From: an uncultured Alphaproteobacteria bacterium
GTDB lineage: Bacteria; Pseudomonadota; Alphaproteobacteria; Rhodobacterales; Rhodobacteraceae
Length of the DNA: 64,000 bases
Direction: 5' to 3'
Assembly: GCA_963781185.1 (NCBI GenBank)
Contig: CAWAEL010000027.1
Location: 1-64,000 of the forward strand
In this document: one piece after another, positions 53,591 through 63,235 of the stretch
How positions within the stretch are numbered: position 1 is the stretch's first letter
How the letters are laid out: the number at the start of each line of letters is the position of its first letter
Made by a program: the position numbers and the translations under genes
Notes under the pieces: generated by a model
What the model was told of the DNA's origin: nothing
Databases searched by the model: none
What the model saw: the letters and a program-made list of their open reading frames with translations, nothing else

Positions 53591-54556
53591 CTACCCCTTC
53601 AGATCCCAGAAATTCACAAAGGTCTGCAACCGCGCCTCAGAGACGTGATAGCCAAAGCGGATATCCAGATCGTCCACCGTCACCCCGGCCAACCCGTCCA
53701 GCCGGATGACATTGTCATGGTAGGTCAGCACCACTCCGGCCCCGGAATCGGCCAGTTTGACATCCGCCAACACCCCGCCCGCCTGTAACGAGATCACATC
53801 GACGGCGGGGTCAAAATCGGTGATCCGGTCATGGCCGTCACCGGGCAGAAACACAAAGAAATCCGTCGCCGCACCGCCCGTCAGCACATCCCTGCCCTTG
53901 CCGCCGTCCAATATGTCAAAGTCAGCGCCGCCAAACAGACGGTCGCGGCCCTGATTGCCGATCAACAGATCATCGCCCGCCCCGCCAAACACGGTGTCAT
54001 TGCCCGTGCCGCCCAGACCGGCATCCATCCCGGCCCCCAAGGTGATCCGATCCTTGCCGCCATTGGCGAAAATCAGGTCAATTCCGCTGCCTGAGTTAAA
54101 GGTATCAGACCGCGACGACAGCCCCGCCAGATCATTGCCCGCCAACATCTGCCGGATCAGTCGCGCGTCATCACGCCCGCCCGCCGTGGCCGCGGCCGCA
54201 ATCAGATCCGTCACCGCCACCGAAATACCCTCGATGGCGAGGCTGTGGCTGCCATCGGCGGTCACAAAACTGGCCAAGGCCTGCGCCGTACCGCCAGTCA
54301 GATTATCCCCCGCATCCACCGTCAGACCGGTGCCATAGACCGCCTGCGTCGTGCCATCGCCGAAGCTGGACCAAGAATTCGTGACAGCAATCGACCGCAG
54401 ATGGATGGTCCCGGACAGGTCATTGAAGAAATAGTTGAAGGTGCCGGGAAAGAAGGCCGTCTGGGGCAGAAAAGTCGTCGTGCCGCCCGCCACCGCCTCT
54501 GCACTGAAATTCAGATGATTTGCCTGCCATTTGATGTCGCAGAACAGGATCGCCAT
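53591..54556 (-). CDS. secreted RTX-repeat (calcium-binding) protein with non-repeat N-terminal domain
   Basis: C-terminal GGxGxD repeats and T1SS-like C-terminus (FVFLPGDGHDRITDFDPAVDVISL...). GGAG RBS. Confidence 0.7.
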   Translation of the reverse strand: MAILFCDIKWQANHLNFSAEAVAGGTTTFLPQTAFFPGTFNYFFNDLSGTIHLRSIAVTNSWSSFGDGTTQAVYGTGLTVDAGDNLTGGTAQALASFVTADGSHSLAIEGISVAVTDLIAAAATAGGRDDARLIRQMLAGNDLAGLSSRSDTFNSGSGIDLIFANGGKDRITLGAGMDAGLGGTGNDTVFGGAGDDLLIGNQGRDRLFGGADFDILDGGKGRDVLTGGAATDFFVFLPGDGHDRITDFDPAVDVISLQAGGVLADVKLADSGAGVVLTYHDNVIRLDGLAGVTVDDLDIRFGYHVSEARLQTFVNFWDLKG

Positions 54557-54780
54557 ACCAATCTCCACTCGTTGCAGGGGAAATGTCGGGAAGCAATGCG
54601 ATTGAGGATGAGCGCGAGGCCAAAACCTGTCAAGTCCAAGGTGGCAAGCGCCAGCCAAGCCGGTGAATCTGTCACCCCAACCCCTTGCAGCCATCGCCGA
54701 TATGTTCCAAACATGGGCGGCAAATCGGGTCAGGTGGCATATGTCGCAGGGCCCGCCCTGGATGAACTGGACCCTTCTCA

Positions 54781-55757
54781 TGCTCGATACTGTCGCAAAA
54801 CCCACGGAAGAAATCTCGGTCCGCGAGGTGTTCGGCATTGATACCGACATGAAGGTCAAGGGCTTTGCCGAGGCGACCGACCGCGTGCCCGCGATCGACC
54901 CGACCTACAAGTTCGACCCCGACACCACTTTGGCGATTCTGGCAGGCTATGCCTATAACCGCCGCGTGATGATCCAGGGCTATCACGGCACGGGCAAATC
55001 GACCCATATCGAGCAGGTCGGCGCGCGGCTGAACTGGCCGACGGTGCGGGTCAACCTCGACAGCCACATCAGCCGGATCGACCTGATCGGCAAGGACGCG
55101 ATCAAGCTGCGCGACGGCAAGCAGGTGACCGAATTCCACGAAGGCATCCTGCCCTGGGCGCTGCGCAACCCCGTCGCCATCGTGTTCGACGAATATGACG
55201 CAGGCCGCCCGGACGTGATGTTCGTCATCCAGCGCGTGCTGGAGCATGACGGCAAGCTGACCCTGATGGATCAGAACGAGATCATCACCCCGCACCCGTC
55301 GTTCCGCCTGTTCGCCACCTCCAACACGGTGGGTCTGGGCGACACCACGGGCCTGTACCACGGCGTCCAGCAGATCAACCAGGCCCAGATGGACCGCTGG
55401 TCGCTGGTCGCCACGCTGAACTATCTGTCGCCATGACGCCGAGGCCGCGATCGTTCTGGCCAAGTCGCCCGCATTACAACACCGACAAGGGCCGCAAGAC
55501 CATCGGCCAGATGGTGACCGTCGCCGACCTGACCCGGACCGCCTTCATGAACGGCGACCTGTCCACCGTGATGTCGCCCGCGGACCGTGCTGAACTGGGC
55601 GCAAAATGCCGAGATTTTCCGCAATGTGGGCTATGCCTTCCGCCTGTCCTTCCTGAACAAATGCGACGAGCTGGAACGGCAGACCGTGGCCGAGTTCTAT
55701 CAGCGCTGCTTTGGCGAGGAACTGCCGGAAAGCGCCGCCTCGCAGGCAATGAAGTGA
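54781..55757 (+). CDS. cobS: aerobic cobaltochelatase subunit CobS (MoxR-like AAA+ ATPase); 2 frame breaks near 55440 and 55590
   Basis: Very close match in motif order to characterised CobS ([30 protein letters not shown]...[19 protein letters not shown]...[11 protein letters not shown]). An alternative start exists at 54740. Confidence 0.8.
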
Positions 55758-56054
55758 TCCGCCACGCCGCGATCTTCCGGCTGAAACATGCCGCAGGATC
55801 GCCGGCTGAGGCTGACTTTCTGCGCGCGCTGTCGGGGCTTGCCATCATTCCCGATGTTGGCAACTTCGAAATCGCCCGTGAGGTCAGCGCCAAGAACGAC
55901 TTCACCTTTGCCGTGTCGATGACCTTTGCCGACCAGTCCGACTATGACGCCTACAACAACCATCCGCTGCACGTGGCCTTTGTCGCAGGGCCGCTGGCTG
56001 CCAGAGGTTGCCGCGTTCATGGAGCATGACACGGTGGCCCTGACCGAGGCTTAG
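55754..56054 (+). CDS. Dabb (stress-responsive dimeric alpha+beta barrel) domain protein; one frame break near 55990
   Basis: [11 protein letters not shown]...[31 protein letters not shown] start overlaps the cobS stop. Confidence 0.55.
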
Positions 56055-56063
56055 GGTCACACC

Positions 56064-56747
56064 ATGGGCAAACCGCTGCACATCGGGTTGATCGGCGGTA
56101 TCGGGCCAGCGGCCACGCTGGTGTACTACCAGCGGCTTTGTGCGGCGATGCGCGGGCTGCGGTTGGACCTGACCGTGGTGCAGGCCGATATCCACGACCT
56201 GATCGCCAACAATCTGGCCGACAAGCGCGACGCGCAGGCGGCGATCTATGCCAAATTGATCCACCGCCTGAAGGCCGCCGGGGCCGATTGTGCCGCCATC
56301 ACCTCGATTGGCGGGCATTTCTGCTTTGCCGAGACAGAGGCGCTGTCGCCCCTGCCCCTGATAAGCGCCGTCGCCCCGCTGGACGCCTATTTCGCCGCCC
56401 AAGGCATCGGCTGTGTCGGCCTGCTCGGCACCCGGGTTGTCATGCGGACCCGGCTTTACGGCCAACTCATCCAGACCCGCGCCTTGGCCTTGGACGATCA
56501 GATCGACGAAATTGGTCAAACCTATCAAGACGTCGCCGTAGCCGGGGCTTGTTCCGACGCGGCGCGGCAGATCTTCTTTGCCGCCGGTCGCGCCATGACC
56601 GCACAGGGGGCCGAGGCGATCGTGCTTGCGGGCACCGACCTGAACCTCGCCTTCGACGGCCACGACCCCGGCTTTCGGGTGATCGACGCGCTGGATGTCC
56701 ATGTGGCACTGTTGGCTGATCTGGCGAGCGGTCGGCGCGGGCTCTGA
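56064..56747 (+). CDS. Asp/Glu/hydantoin racemase family protein
   Basis: IGLIGGIGPAATLVYY and a second half-site cysteine region. Confidence 0.7.
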   Translation: MGKPLHIGLIGGIGPAATLVYYQRLCAAMRGLRLDLTVVQADIHDLIANNLADKRDAQAAIYAKLIHRLKAAGADCAAITSIGGHFCFAETEALSPLPLISAVAPLDAYFAAQGIGCVGLLGTRVVMRTRLYGQLIQTRALALDDQIDEIGQTYQDVAVAGACSDAARQIFFAAGRAMTAQGAEAIVLAGTDLNLAFDGHDPGFRVIDALDVHVALLADLASGRRGL

Positions 56748-56827
56748 CCCCCAAAGGTTTGGCTGCGGGACCATGACATGCTGGCTTGGGGCGCCCTGTT
56801 GCAAAACCCACCATGATGGGCCCGCTA

Positions 56828-56851
56828 CAATTTTCGGAAAACCGAAAATTG
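56828..56851. promoter_or_regulatory. perfect inverted repeat CAATTTTCGG-aaaa-CCGAAAATTG upstream of the inosose-dehydratase-like gene
   Basis: Read directly. Followed by TTTATAAT (-10-like). Confidence 0.45.
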
Positions 56852-56957
56852 CAGCCTGATGGCCCATCCTACCTTTCCCCGATGCTGGTTTATAATTCCC
56901 CTTTTGCCCCACCTCATGTATAGGCGCGACAAATGACCATCGTGGGGGAGTGTTGCG

Positions 56958-57860
56958 ATGCTGAAGGCCAAACTGGGGATTTCCCCGATCTGCTGGTGGA
57001 ATGACGATCTGGCCGAATTGTCGGACGATGTCAGCCTTGATGAATGCCTGCGTCAGGCCGCACAGGCGGGCTATACCGGCATGGAAACTGGCCGCCGCTT
57101 CCCGATGAACATGGCAGAGCTTGGCCCGGTTCTGGACAAGCACGGCATTTCGGTCTGTGGCGGCTGGTTCTCTGGCACCATCCTGAATGGCGATATGGCC
57201 GAGAACAAAGACCGTATCCGCGCCCAGATGGACCTGTTCATCGCGGCCAAAGCGCCCTGCATCGTCTATGGCGAAGTGGCGCGCTCTATCCAAGGCGACC
57301 GCTCCAAACCCTTGGCGCAAAAGCCGAAACTGTCGGAAGATGAGATCAAGGTCTACGCCCGCAACATGACCGAGTTTGGCGAATGGTGCGCCGAGCAGGG
57401 CATGCCTTTGTCCTACCACCACCACATGGCGGCGGCGATTGAGACGGAAGCAGAGCTTGACCTGTTCATGAAACACTCCGGCGCGGGCATCCCGCTGCTG
57501 TTTGACGCAGGCCACATGGCGATGGCGGGCGGCGACGTGCTGCGCGTGATCGACAACCACCACGCCCGCATCACCCATGTCCACACCAAGGACGTGCGGA
57601 TGGAGGTGATCAACGCGCTGGACCGCACCAAGGAAAGCTTCCTCGATGCCGTGATGAAGGGCGCCTTCACCGTGCCCGGCGATGGCTCGCTCGACTTTGA
57701 GGCGATTGTGAAGCGTTGCGCCAGCTACGGCTATGAAGGCTGGTTCGTGGTTGAGGCCGAGCAGGATCCGAAAAAGGCCCCGCCGCTGGAATGGTCGACC
57801 AAGGGCAACAAGGAACTGCACCGCGTGATGGCCCTTGCCGGGTATCAGGTGGTCGCATGA
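56958..57860 (+). CDS. xylose-isomerase-like TIM-barrel enzyme, inosose dehydratase (IolE)-like
   Basis: MLKAKLGISPICWWNDDL... N-terminus and metal-binding H/E/D pattern of the AP-endonuclease-2/IolE family. Confidence 0.6.
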   Translation: MLKAKLGISPICWWNDDLAELSDDVSLDECLRQAAQAGYTGMETGRRFPMNMAELGPVLDKHGISVCGGWFSGTILNGDMAENKDRIRAQMDLFIAAKAPCIVYGEVARSIQGDRSKPLAQKPKLSEDEIKVYARNMTEFGEWCAEQGMPLSYHHHMAAAIETEAELDLFMKHSGAGIPLLFDAGHMAMAGGDVLRVIDNHHARITHVHTKDVRMEVINALDRTKESFLDAVMKGAFTVPGDGSLDFEAIVKRCASYGYEGWFVVEAEQDPKKAPPLEWSTKGNKELHRVMALAGYQVVA

Positions 57861-58672
57861 ACCGGATGGACGGTAAGATTTGCTTCGTCTCAGGGGCAAC
57901 TCAGGGTCTTGGCGCTGCCATTGCCCGCCGTCTTGCCGCCGCTGGTGCCGCAGGTGTCGTGATCACCGGGCGCAACATGAAACGGGGCGCTGACGTGTCC
58001 CGTTCCATCCACAACACCTACGGCATCCCCTGCCATTTTCTGCGCGCCGATTTCACGCGGGTCGAGGATTGCCGCCACGCGATTTCCGAAACCGACCGGT
58101 TGTTTGGCCGCATCGACGTGCTGGTCAATGCCGGGGCGATGACCGACCGGGGCACCATCCTCGACACCTCACCCGAACTGTTCGACCGGATGTTTGCCAC
58201 CAACGTGCGTGGCCCGTATTTCCTGATGCAGGAAACCATCAAACTGATGATCCGTGACGGCGTCGAAGGGGCGATCTGCAACATCGGCTCGATCTCTGCG
58301 CTGTCCGGCCAACCCTTCATCAACGCCTATTGCGCCTCCAAGGGGGCGTTGACCACGCTGACCGCCAACACCGCCTTTTCGGTGATGGGCAACCGGATCC
58401 GGGTGAACCAGCTGAACGTCGGCTGGATGGCCACCGAGCATGAGCGCGACATCCAGATCAACGCGACCGGCGATCCCGATTGGGAGGCCAAGGCGGCCGA
58501 ATGGTTGCCCTTTGGCCGTCTGGTTGATCCAGAGGAGGCTGCGCGGGCGGTGAACTTCCTCGTGTCCGACGACGCGGGCCTGATGACAGGGGCCATCGTG
58601 AATTTCGACCAGTCGGTCTGGGGTGCAGTGGCGGGCGGAATGCCAGTGCCGAACGGGCCCATGCAGCTCTGA
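57857..58672 (+). CDS. short-chain dehydrogenase/reductase (SDR)
   Basis: ICFVSGATQGLGAAIA (TGxxxGxG) and YCASKGAL (YxxxK). ATGA overlap with the upstream gene. Confidence 0.85.
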   Translation: MNRMDGKICFVSGATQGLGAAIARRLAAAGAAGVVITGRNMKRGADVSRSIHNTYGIPCHFLRADFTRVEDCRHAISETDRLFGRIDVLVNAGAMTDRGTILDTSPELFDRMFATNVRGPYFLMQETIKLMIRDGVEGAICNIGSISALSGQPFINAYCASKGALTTLTANTAFSVMGNRIRVNQLNVGWMATEHERDIQINATGDPDWEAKAAEWLPFGRLVDPEEAARAVNFLVSDDAGLMTGAIVNFDQSVWGAVAGGMPVPNGPMQL

Positions 58673-58873
58673 TCCCAGCCGATTTTCGCGATCTCACATC
58701 ATTTTCAATCATTTGCCCGGCGGTGTTTCACCGCGCCACCGGTTTTCCGCCGATTTTCCGCTTGGGGCCGAAAATATTTGTGGTCCGACAAATTCAAAGC
58801 GATTGGAATGGTTGCGGACCCGGCAAAGAAGGATATTGTGGCCGCGAACTGATTTTTGCGGGGGCTGCACGGC

Positions 58874-60313
58874 ATGTATATCGGACTGGATCTTGGAACT
58901 TCCGGGCTGAAAGGCATCCTGATTGACGACAATCAGCGCATTTTGGCCGAGGCAACCGCCCCCCTGACCGTCCAGCGCCCGCATGAGGGCTGGTCCGAAC
59001 AAATCCCGGCCGACTGGATCACCGCCTGTGAGGCCGTGCTGACCCAACTGTCCACCAAGGGTCTGGGGGCCGTCAAAGGCATCGGTTTGTCGGGCCACAT
59101 GCACGGCGCCACCCTGATTGACAGCGCCGACACCGTTCTGCGCCCCTGCATCCTGTGGAACGACACCCGCAGCCATGCTGAGGCCGCCGCGCTGGACGCC
59201 AACCCGATCTTCCGCGCCCTGACCGGCAACATCGTCTTCCCCGGCTTCACCGCGCCCGAAACTCGACTGGGTCCGCAAGCATGAACCCGCGATCTGGGCC
59301 AAGGTCGCCAAGGTTCTGCTGCCGAAAGACTACCTGCGCCTGTGGCTGACGGGTGAGCATGTGGCTGAGATGTCGGACGCCGCTGGCACCGCATGGCTCG
59401 ACACCGGCAAACGCGACTGGTCCGACGAATTGCTGACGGCCACCGGCCTGACCCGCGCCCAGATGCCGCGTCTGGTCGAAGGCTCTGCCGTTTCCGGCAC
59501 CGTCCGCGCTGACCTCGCCGCCAAATTCGGCCTGCCCAAAACCACCGTTGTCGCAGGTGGCGCGGGCGATAATGCCGCCGCTGGCATCGGCGTCGGTGTG
59601 GTCAAGGCGGGGCAAGCCTTCGTCTCCCTCGGCACCTCTGGCGTGCTTGTTCGCCGCCAATGACGGCTATCAGCCCGACCCTGACACCGCCGTCCACACC
59701 TTCTGCCACGCCCTGCCCGGCACCTGGCACCAGATGGGCGTGATCCTTGCCGCGACCGACGCGCTGAACTGGTACTCCAACCTCGTCGGCCAGATCCGCC
59801 GCCACGCTGACCGGCGAACTCGGCCCCCTGCGCGCGCCCTCCAAAACCCTGTTCCTGCCCTATCTCGGCGGTGAGCGGACGCCCCTGAACGACGCCGCCA
59901 TCCGCGGCGCCTTCCTCGGCCTTGAACACACCACCGACCGCGCCGCCGGCACCCGCGCCGTGCTGGAGGGCGTCACCTTCGCCTTCCGCGACAGCCGCGA
60001 CGCCCTCGCCGCGACCGGCACGAAGCTGGAGCAGGTTCTCGCCGTCGGCGGCGGTGCCAAATCCGACTACTGGCTGCGCGCCATCGCCACCGCCCTCGAC
60101 ATCCAGATCCTCGTCCCCGCCGACGGCGATTTCGGCGGTGCTTTGGGTGCCGCCCGCCTCGCCATCATGGCCGCGACGGGTGCTGGGGCAGAGATTGCCA
60201 CCATGCCCCCGATCGCCCGCACGGTCGACCCCGACCGCGCCCTGACCAACGCCTTCAACGACGGCCACGCCCGCTATGTCGCCGCCCGCACCGCCATCCA
60301 GGCCCTTACCTGA
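58874..60313 (+). CDS. xylB: xylulokinase (FGGY family); at least 4 frame breaks
   Basis: [15 protein letters not shown]-terminus and FGGY C-terminal segments across ORFs 58856, 59361, 59548 and 59960. Confidence 0.75.
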
Positions 60314-60381
60314 ACCATCGCATTTCCGAACCGCTGAACCGTTTCACACTTCCGCTGGAAATGCTCAAACCTGAGGACACC

Positions 60382-61684
60382 ATGACCAACTTCTTCCAAG
60401 GCATCCCCGCCGTCAAATTCGAAGGCGCTGACAGCACCAACGACTTCGCCTTCAAACACTACAACCCCGACGAAATGCTGATGGGCAAACGGATGGAGGA
60501 TCACCTCCGCTTTGCCGTCGCCTATTGGCATTCCTTCGCATGGCCCGGCGGCGACCCGTTCGGTGGCCAGACCTTTGAGCGCCCGTGGTTCGGTGAGACG
60601 ATGGCGCTTGGCCAAACTCAAGGCCGATGTCGCGTTTGAGATGTTCGATATCCTCAACGCGCCCTACTATTGCTTCCACGACGCCGACATCCGCCCCGAA
60701 GGCGACAGCTTCGCGGAAAGCAAGAAGAACCTCGAAGAAGTGGTTGATTACCTTGCCGAAAAGCAATCCACCCACAAAACCAAACTGCTGTGGGGCACGG
60801 CCAATATGTTCTCCAACCGCCGTTGGATGAGCGGCGCTGCCACCAACCCCGACCCCGATATCTACGCCTATGCCGCCGCCACCGTGAAGGCGAACATGGA
60901 CGCCACGCATAAACTGGGCGGCGAGAACTACGTGCTCTGGGGTGGCCGTGAAGGCTATGAAACCCTGCTGAACACCGACCTCAAGGCGGAACGCGACCAC
61001 GCTGGCCGCTTCCTGCAACAGGTCGTCGAGTACAAACACAAGATCGGCTTCAAAGGCGCGATCCTGATCGAACCGAAGCCGCAGGAGCCATCGAAGCACC
61101 AGTACGACTATGACGTCGCCACGGTCTACGGCTTCCTCGTCCAGTTCGGCCTTGAGAAAGAGGTCAAGTGCAACATCGAAACCGGCCACGCCTTCCTCGC
61201 CGGTCACTCGTTCGAACATGAACTGGCGATGGCGACGTCTTTGGGCATCCTCGGCTCCATCGACATGAACCGCAACGACCTGCAATCGGGCTGGGACACG
61301 GACCAGTTCCCGAACAACGTGCCGGACATGGCCCTCGCCTATTATGAGATCCTGCGCAACGGCGGCCTGCACTCCGGCGGCACCAACTTTGACGCCAAGG
61401 TCCGCCGTCAATCGCTCGACCCGGCAGATCTGGTCCTCGCCCATGTCGGGGGCATGGACACCTGCGCCCGCGCGCTGAAGGCCGCTGCCGCCCTGTTCAA
61501 CGACGGCAGCCTCGAAAAAGCCCGCGCCACCCGCTACGCCGGATGGGAGCGTGACGACGCCAAGGCCCTGCTGACCGGCTCGCTGGAAGATGCCGCCGCC
61601 GTGGTCACCGCCAAGAACCTGAACCCGCAGCCAGTATCTGGCCGTCAGGAACGTCTCGAAAACCTGTGGAACCGCTTCGTCTGA
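60382..61684 (+). CDS. xylA: xylose isomerase; one frame break near 60610
   Basis: [26 protein letters not shown] and [10 protein letters not shown] motifs. Confidence 0.9.
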
Positions 61685-61702
61685 TCCACCATTGATCGTA
61701 AC

Positions 61703-61737
61703 AAAGGGCGCGCCGTCCAAGTGACGGTGCGCCCTTT
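61703..61737 (+). terminator. 15-bp-stem hairpin AAAGGGCGCGCCGTC-caagt-GACGGTGCGCCCTTT plus T-rich tail after xylA
   Basis: Read directly (one G-U pair). Confidence 0.65.
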
Positions 61738-61863
61738 GGCATTTCTGCGCCCCGGCCTATCGCCGGATGCAGAACCTTACCCTTTCATTTTGGCATAAAT
61801 ATCCCACAGGGGGGCTGCATTGGCAGGGCCAATGCGGCGCGGGGGATGTGAAATCCCCCGGTT

Positions 61864-62898
61864 CTAGCCTTGGAAATCCGTGATGACCGCCACCCCCGGC
61901 GCCATCGGCCCGTCAAACGCCCTCAGCTCACCCGATGCCCCCGACAGCGCCACCGTCCGCGCCACGATCGGCCGCACATCAACCGCCCCGCGCTCGATCA
62001 GCTCCAACAACGACGGATAGCGCCAACTCGGCATCCCGCGCGTGCCGTACAAAGCCAGTTGCTTCATATAGACCGCATTCATGTTGATCTGCATCTTGGC
62101 GGTATGCCCAATCGGCAACCCGACCTGCACATGCCGCCCCATGGGCCGCAGACACTCCAGCGACCCGTTGGTCGTGACCTCAATCCCCAAAGCCTCCACC
62201 GAGACATGCGCCCCGCCGCCCGTCGCCGCAATGATCCGCGCCGCGACATCGCCGTCGCGCGCATCAATCGCCACCTCAGCCCCCAGCGACAGCGCATGGG
62301 CCAACCGTTCCGGCACCACATCGACCACCACGACCCGCGCGCCCAAAGCCCGGCCAATCAGCAGCACCGACAACCCGATCCCGCCCGTGCCATGCACCGC
62401 CAGCCATTCCCCCGCCTGCAACGCCGCCCGCCCGGTCAACGCATGAAACGCCGTCGTCACCCGACACCCCAACCCAGCCGCCAGGGCCGGCGTCAGACTC
62501 TCCGGCAACCGCGCAAGGTTATGGGCATGGGGGGCTGACACATATTCCGCATAGGCCCCCGGCTCACCAAACCCCGGCACACGCTGGGCCCGGCAGGTTG
62601 TGCTGGCCCCCGACCGACATTCCGGGCATTCGCCACAAGACAGGATAAACGGCGCAATCACCCGGTCGCCGACCCGCCACCGGGCCAACGGCCCCGCCTC
62701 GACCACCTCGCCGCAATATTCATGGCCCGGAATGGCACCCGGCTGCACCTTGGGATGCTCACCCACCCAGCCATGCCAATCGCTGCGGCAGATGCCACAG
62801 GCCAGCACGTCGCAGCACCACGCCATCGGCCTCGCACCGGGTCGGCACGATCTCAAGACTCAGATCCTGCGATATTCACGGATGACAGCGGCGCGCAT
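61864..62898 (-). CDS. zinc-dependent alcohol/polyol dehydrogenase (MDR family); 2 frame breaks near the N-terminus
   Basis: GICRSDWHGW, GHEYCGEV and CGECPECRSG zinc motifs. N-terminal MRAAVIREY is in another frame. GAGGAG RBS. Confidence 0.75.
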
Positions 62899-62967
62899 GG
62901 CCTCTCCTCAGAACCTTAAGGTCAGGTTAACAGAAAACGCACGCATTGATAAAACGATATTCCAAAG

Positions 62968-62983
62968 TGTCCACGCGTGGACA
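62968..62983. promoter_or_regulatory. perfect 16-bp palindrome TGTCCACGCGTGGACA immediately after purS stop and 72 bp upstream of the Zn-ADH gene
   Basis: Read directly in an AT-rich intergenic region. Confidence 0.45.
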
Positions 62984-63225
62984 TTACAGCAATTCGATCC
63001 GGTAGCTTTCGATCACCGCATTGGCCAGCAGCTTGTCGCACATCCCCTTGACCGCCAGCCTCAGCCGCCGCCGCGGTCCGTCTCGGCCAGGTCCAGCTCG
63101 ATCACCTTGCCCTGCCGCACCCCATTGACCCCGCCAAAGCCCAGCGTGCCCAGCGCGTGGCGCACCGCCTCGCCCTGCACATCCAGAACCCCGGCTTTCA
63201 GCATCACAGTCACACGGGCTTTCAT
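62984..63225 (-). CDS. purS: phosphoribosylformylglycinamidine synthase subunit PurS; 2 frame breaks near 63050-63075
   Basis: MKARVTVMLKAGVLDVQGEAVRHALGTLGFGGVNGVRQGKVIELDLAETDR, then ...VKGMCDKLLANAVIESYRIELL in shifted frames. Confidence 0.75.
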
Positions 63226-63235
63226 CAGGGCTCTC

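Noticed and set aside
54781-56747. Expected cobT (VWA-domain partner of CobS) immediately downstream of cobS
   Set aside because: The downstream ORFs are a Dabb-domain protein and an Asp/Glu racemase. No VWA-like sequence appears in any frame.
55902-57899. 665-aa ORF on the minus strand (also the 426-aa ORF at 5895..7175, the 574-aa ORF at 23494..25218, and ORFs at 28067..28909, 28779..29708 and 62600..63400)
   Set aside because: Arg/Pro/Gly/His-rich, low-complexity translations lying antisense to well-supported genes (iolE/SDR, GntR, FadB-like, Dpp permeases, purS). This is the typical spurious long ORF of high-GC DNA.
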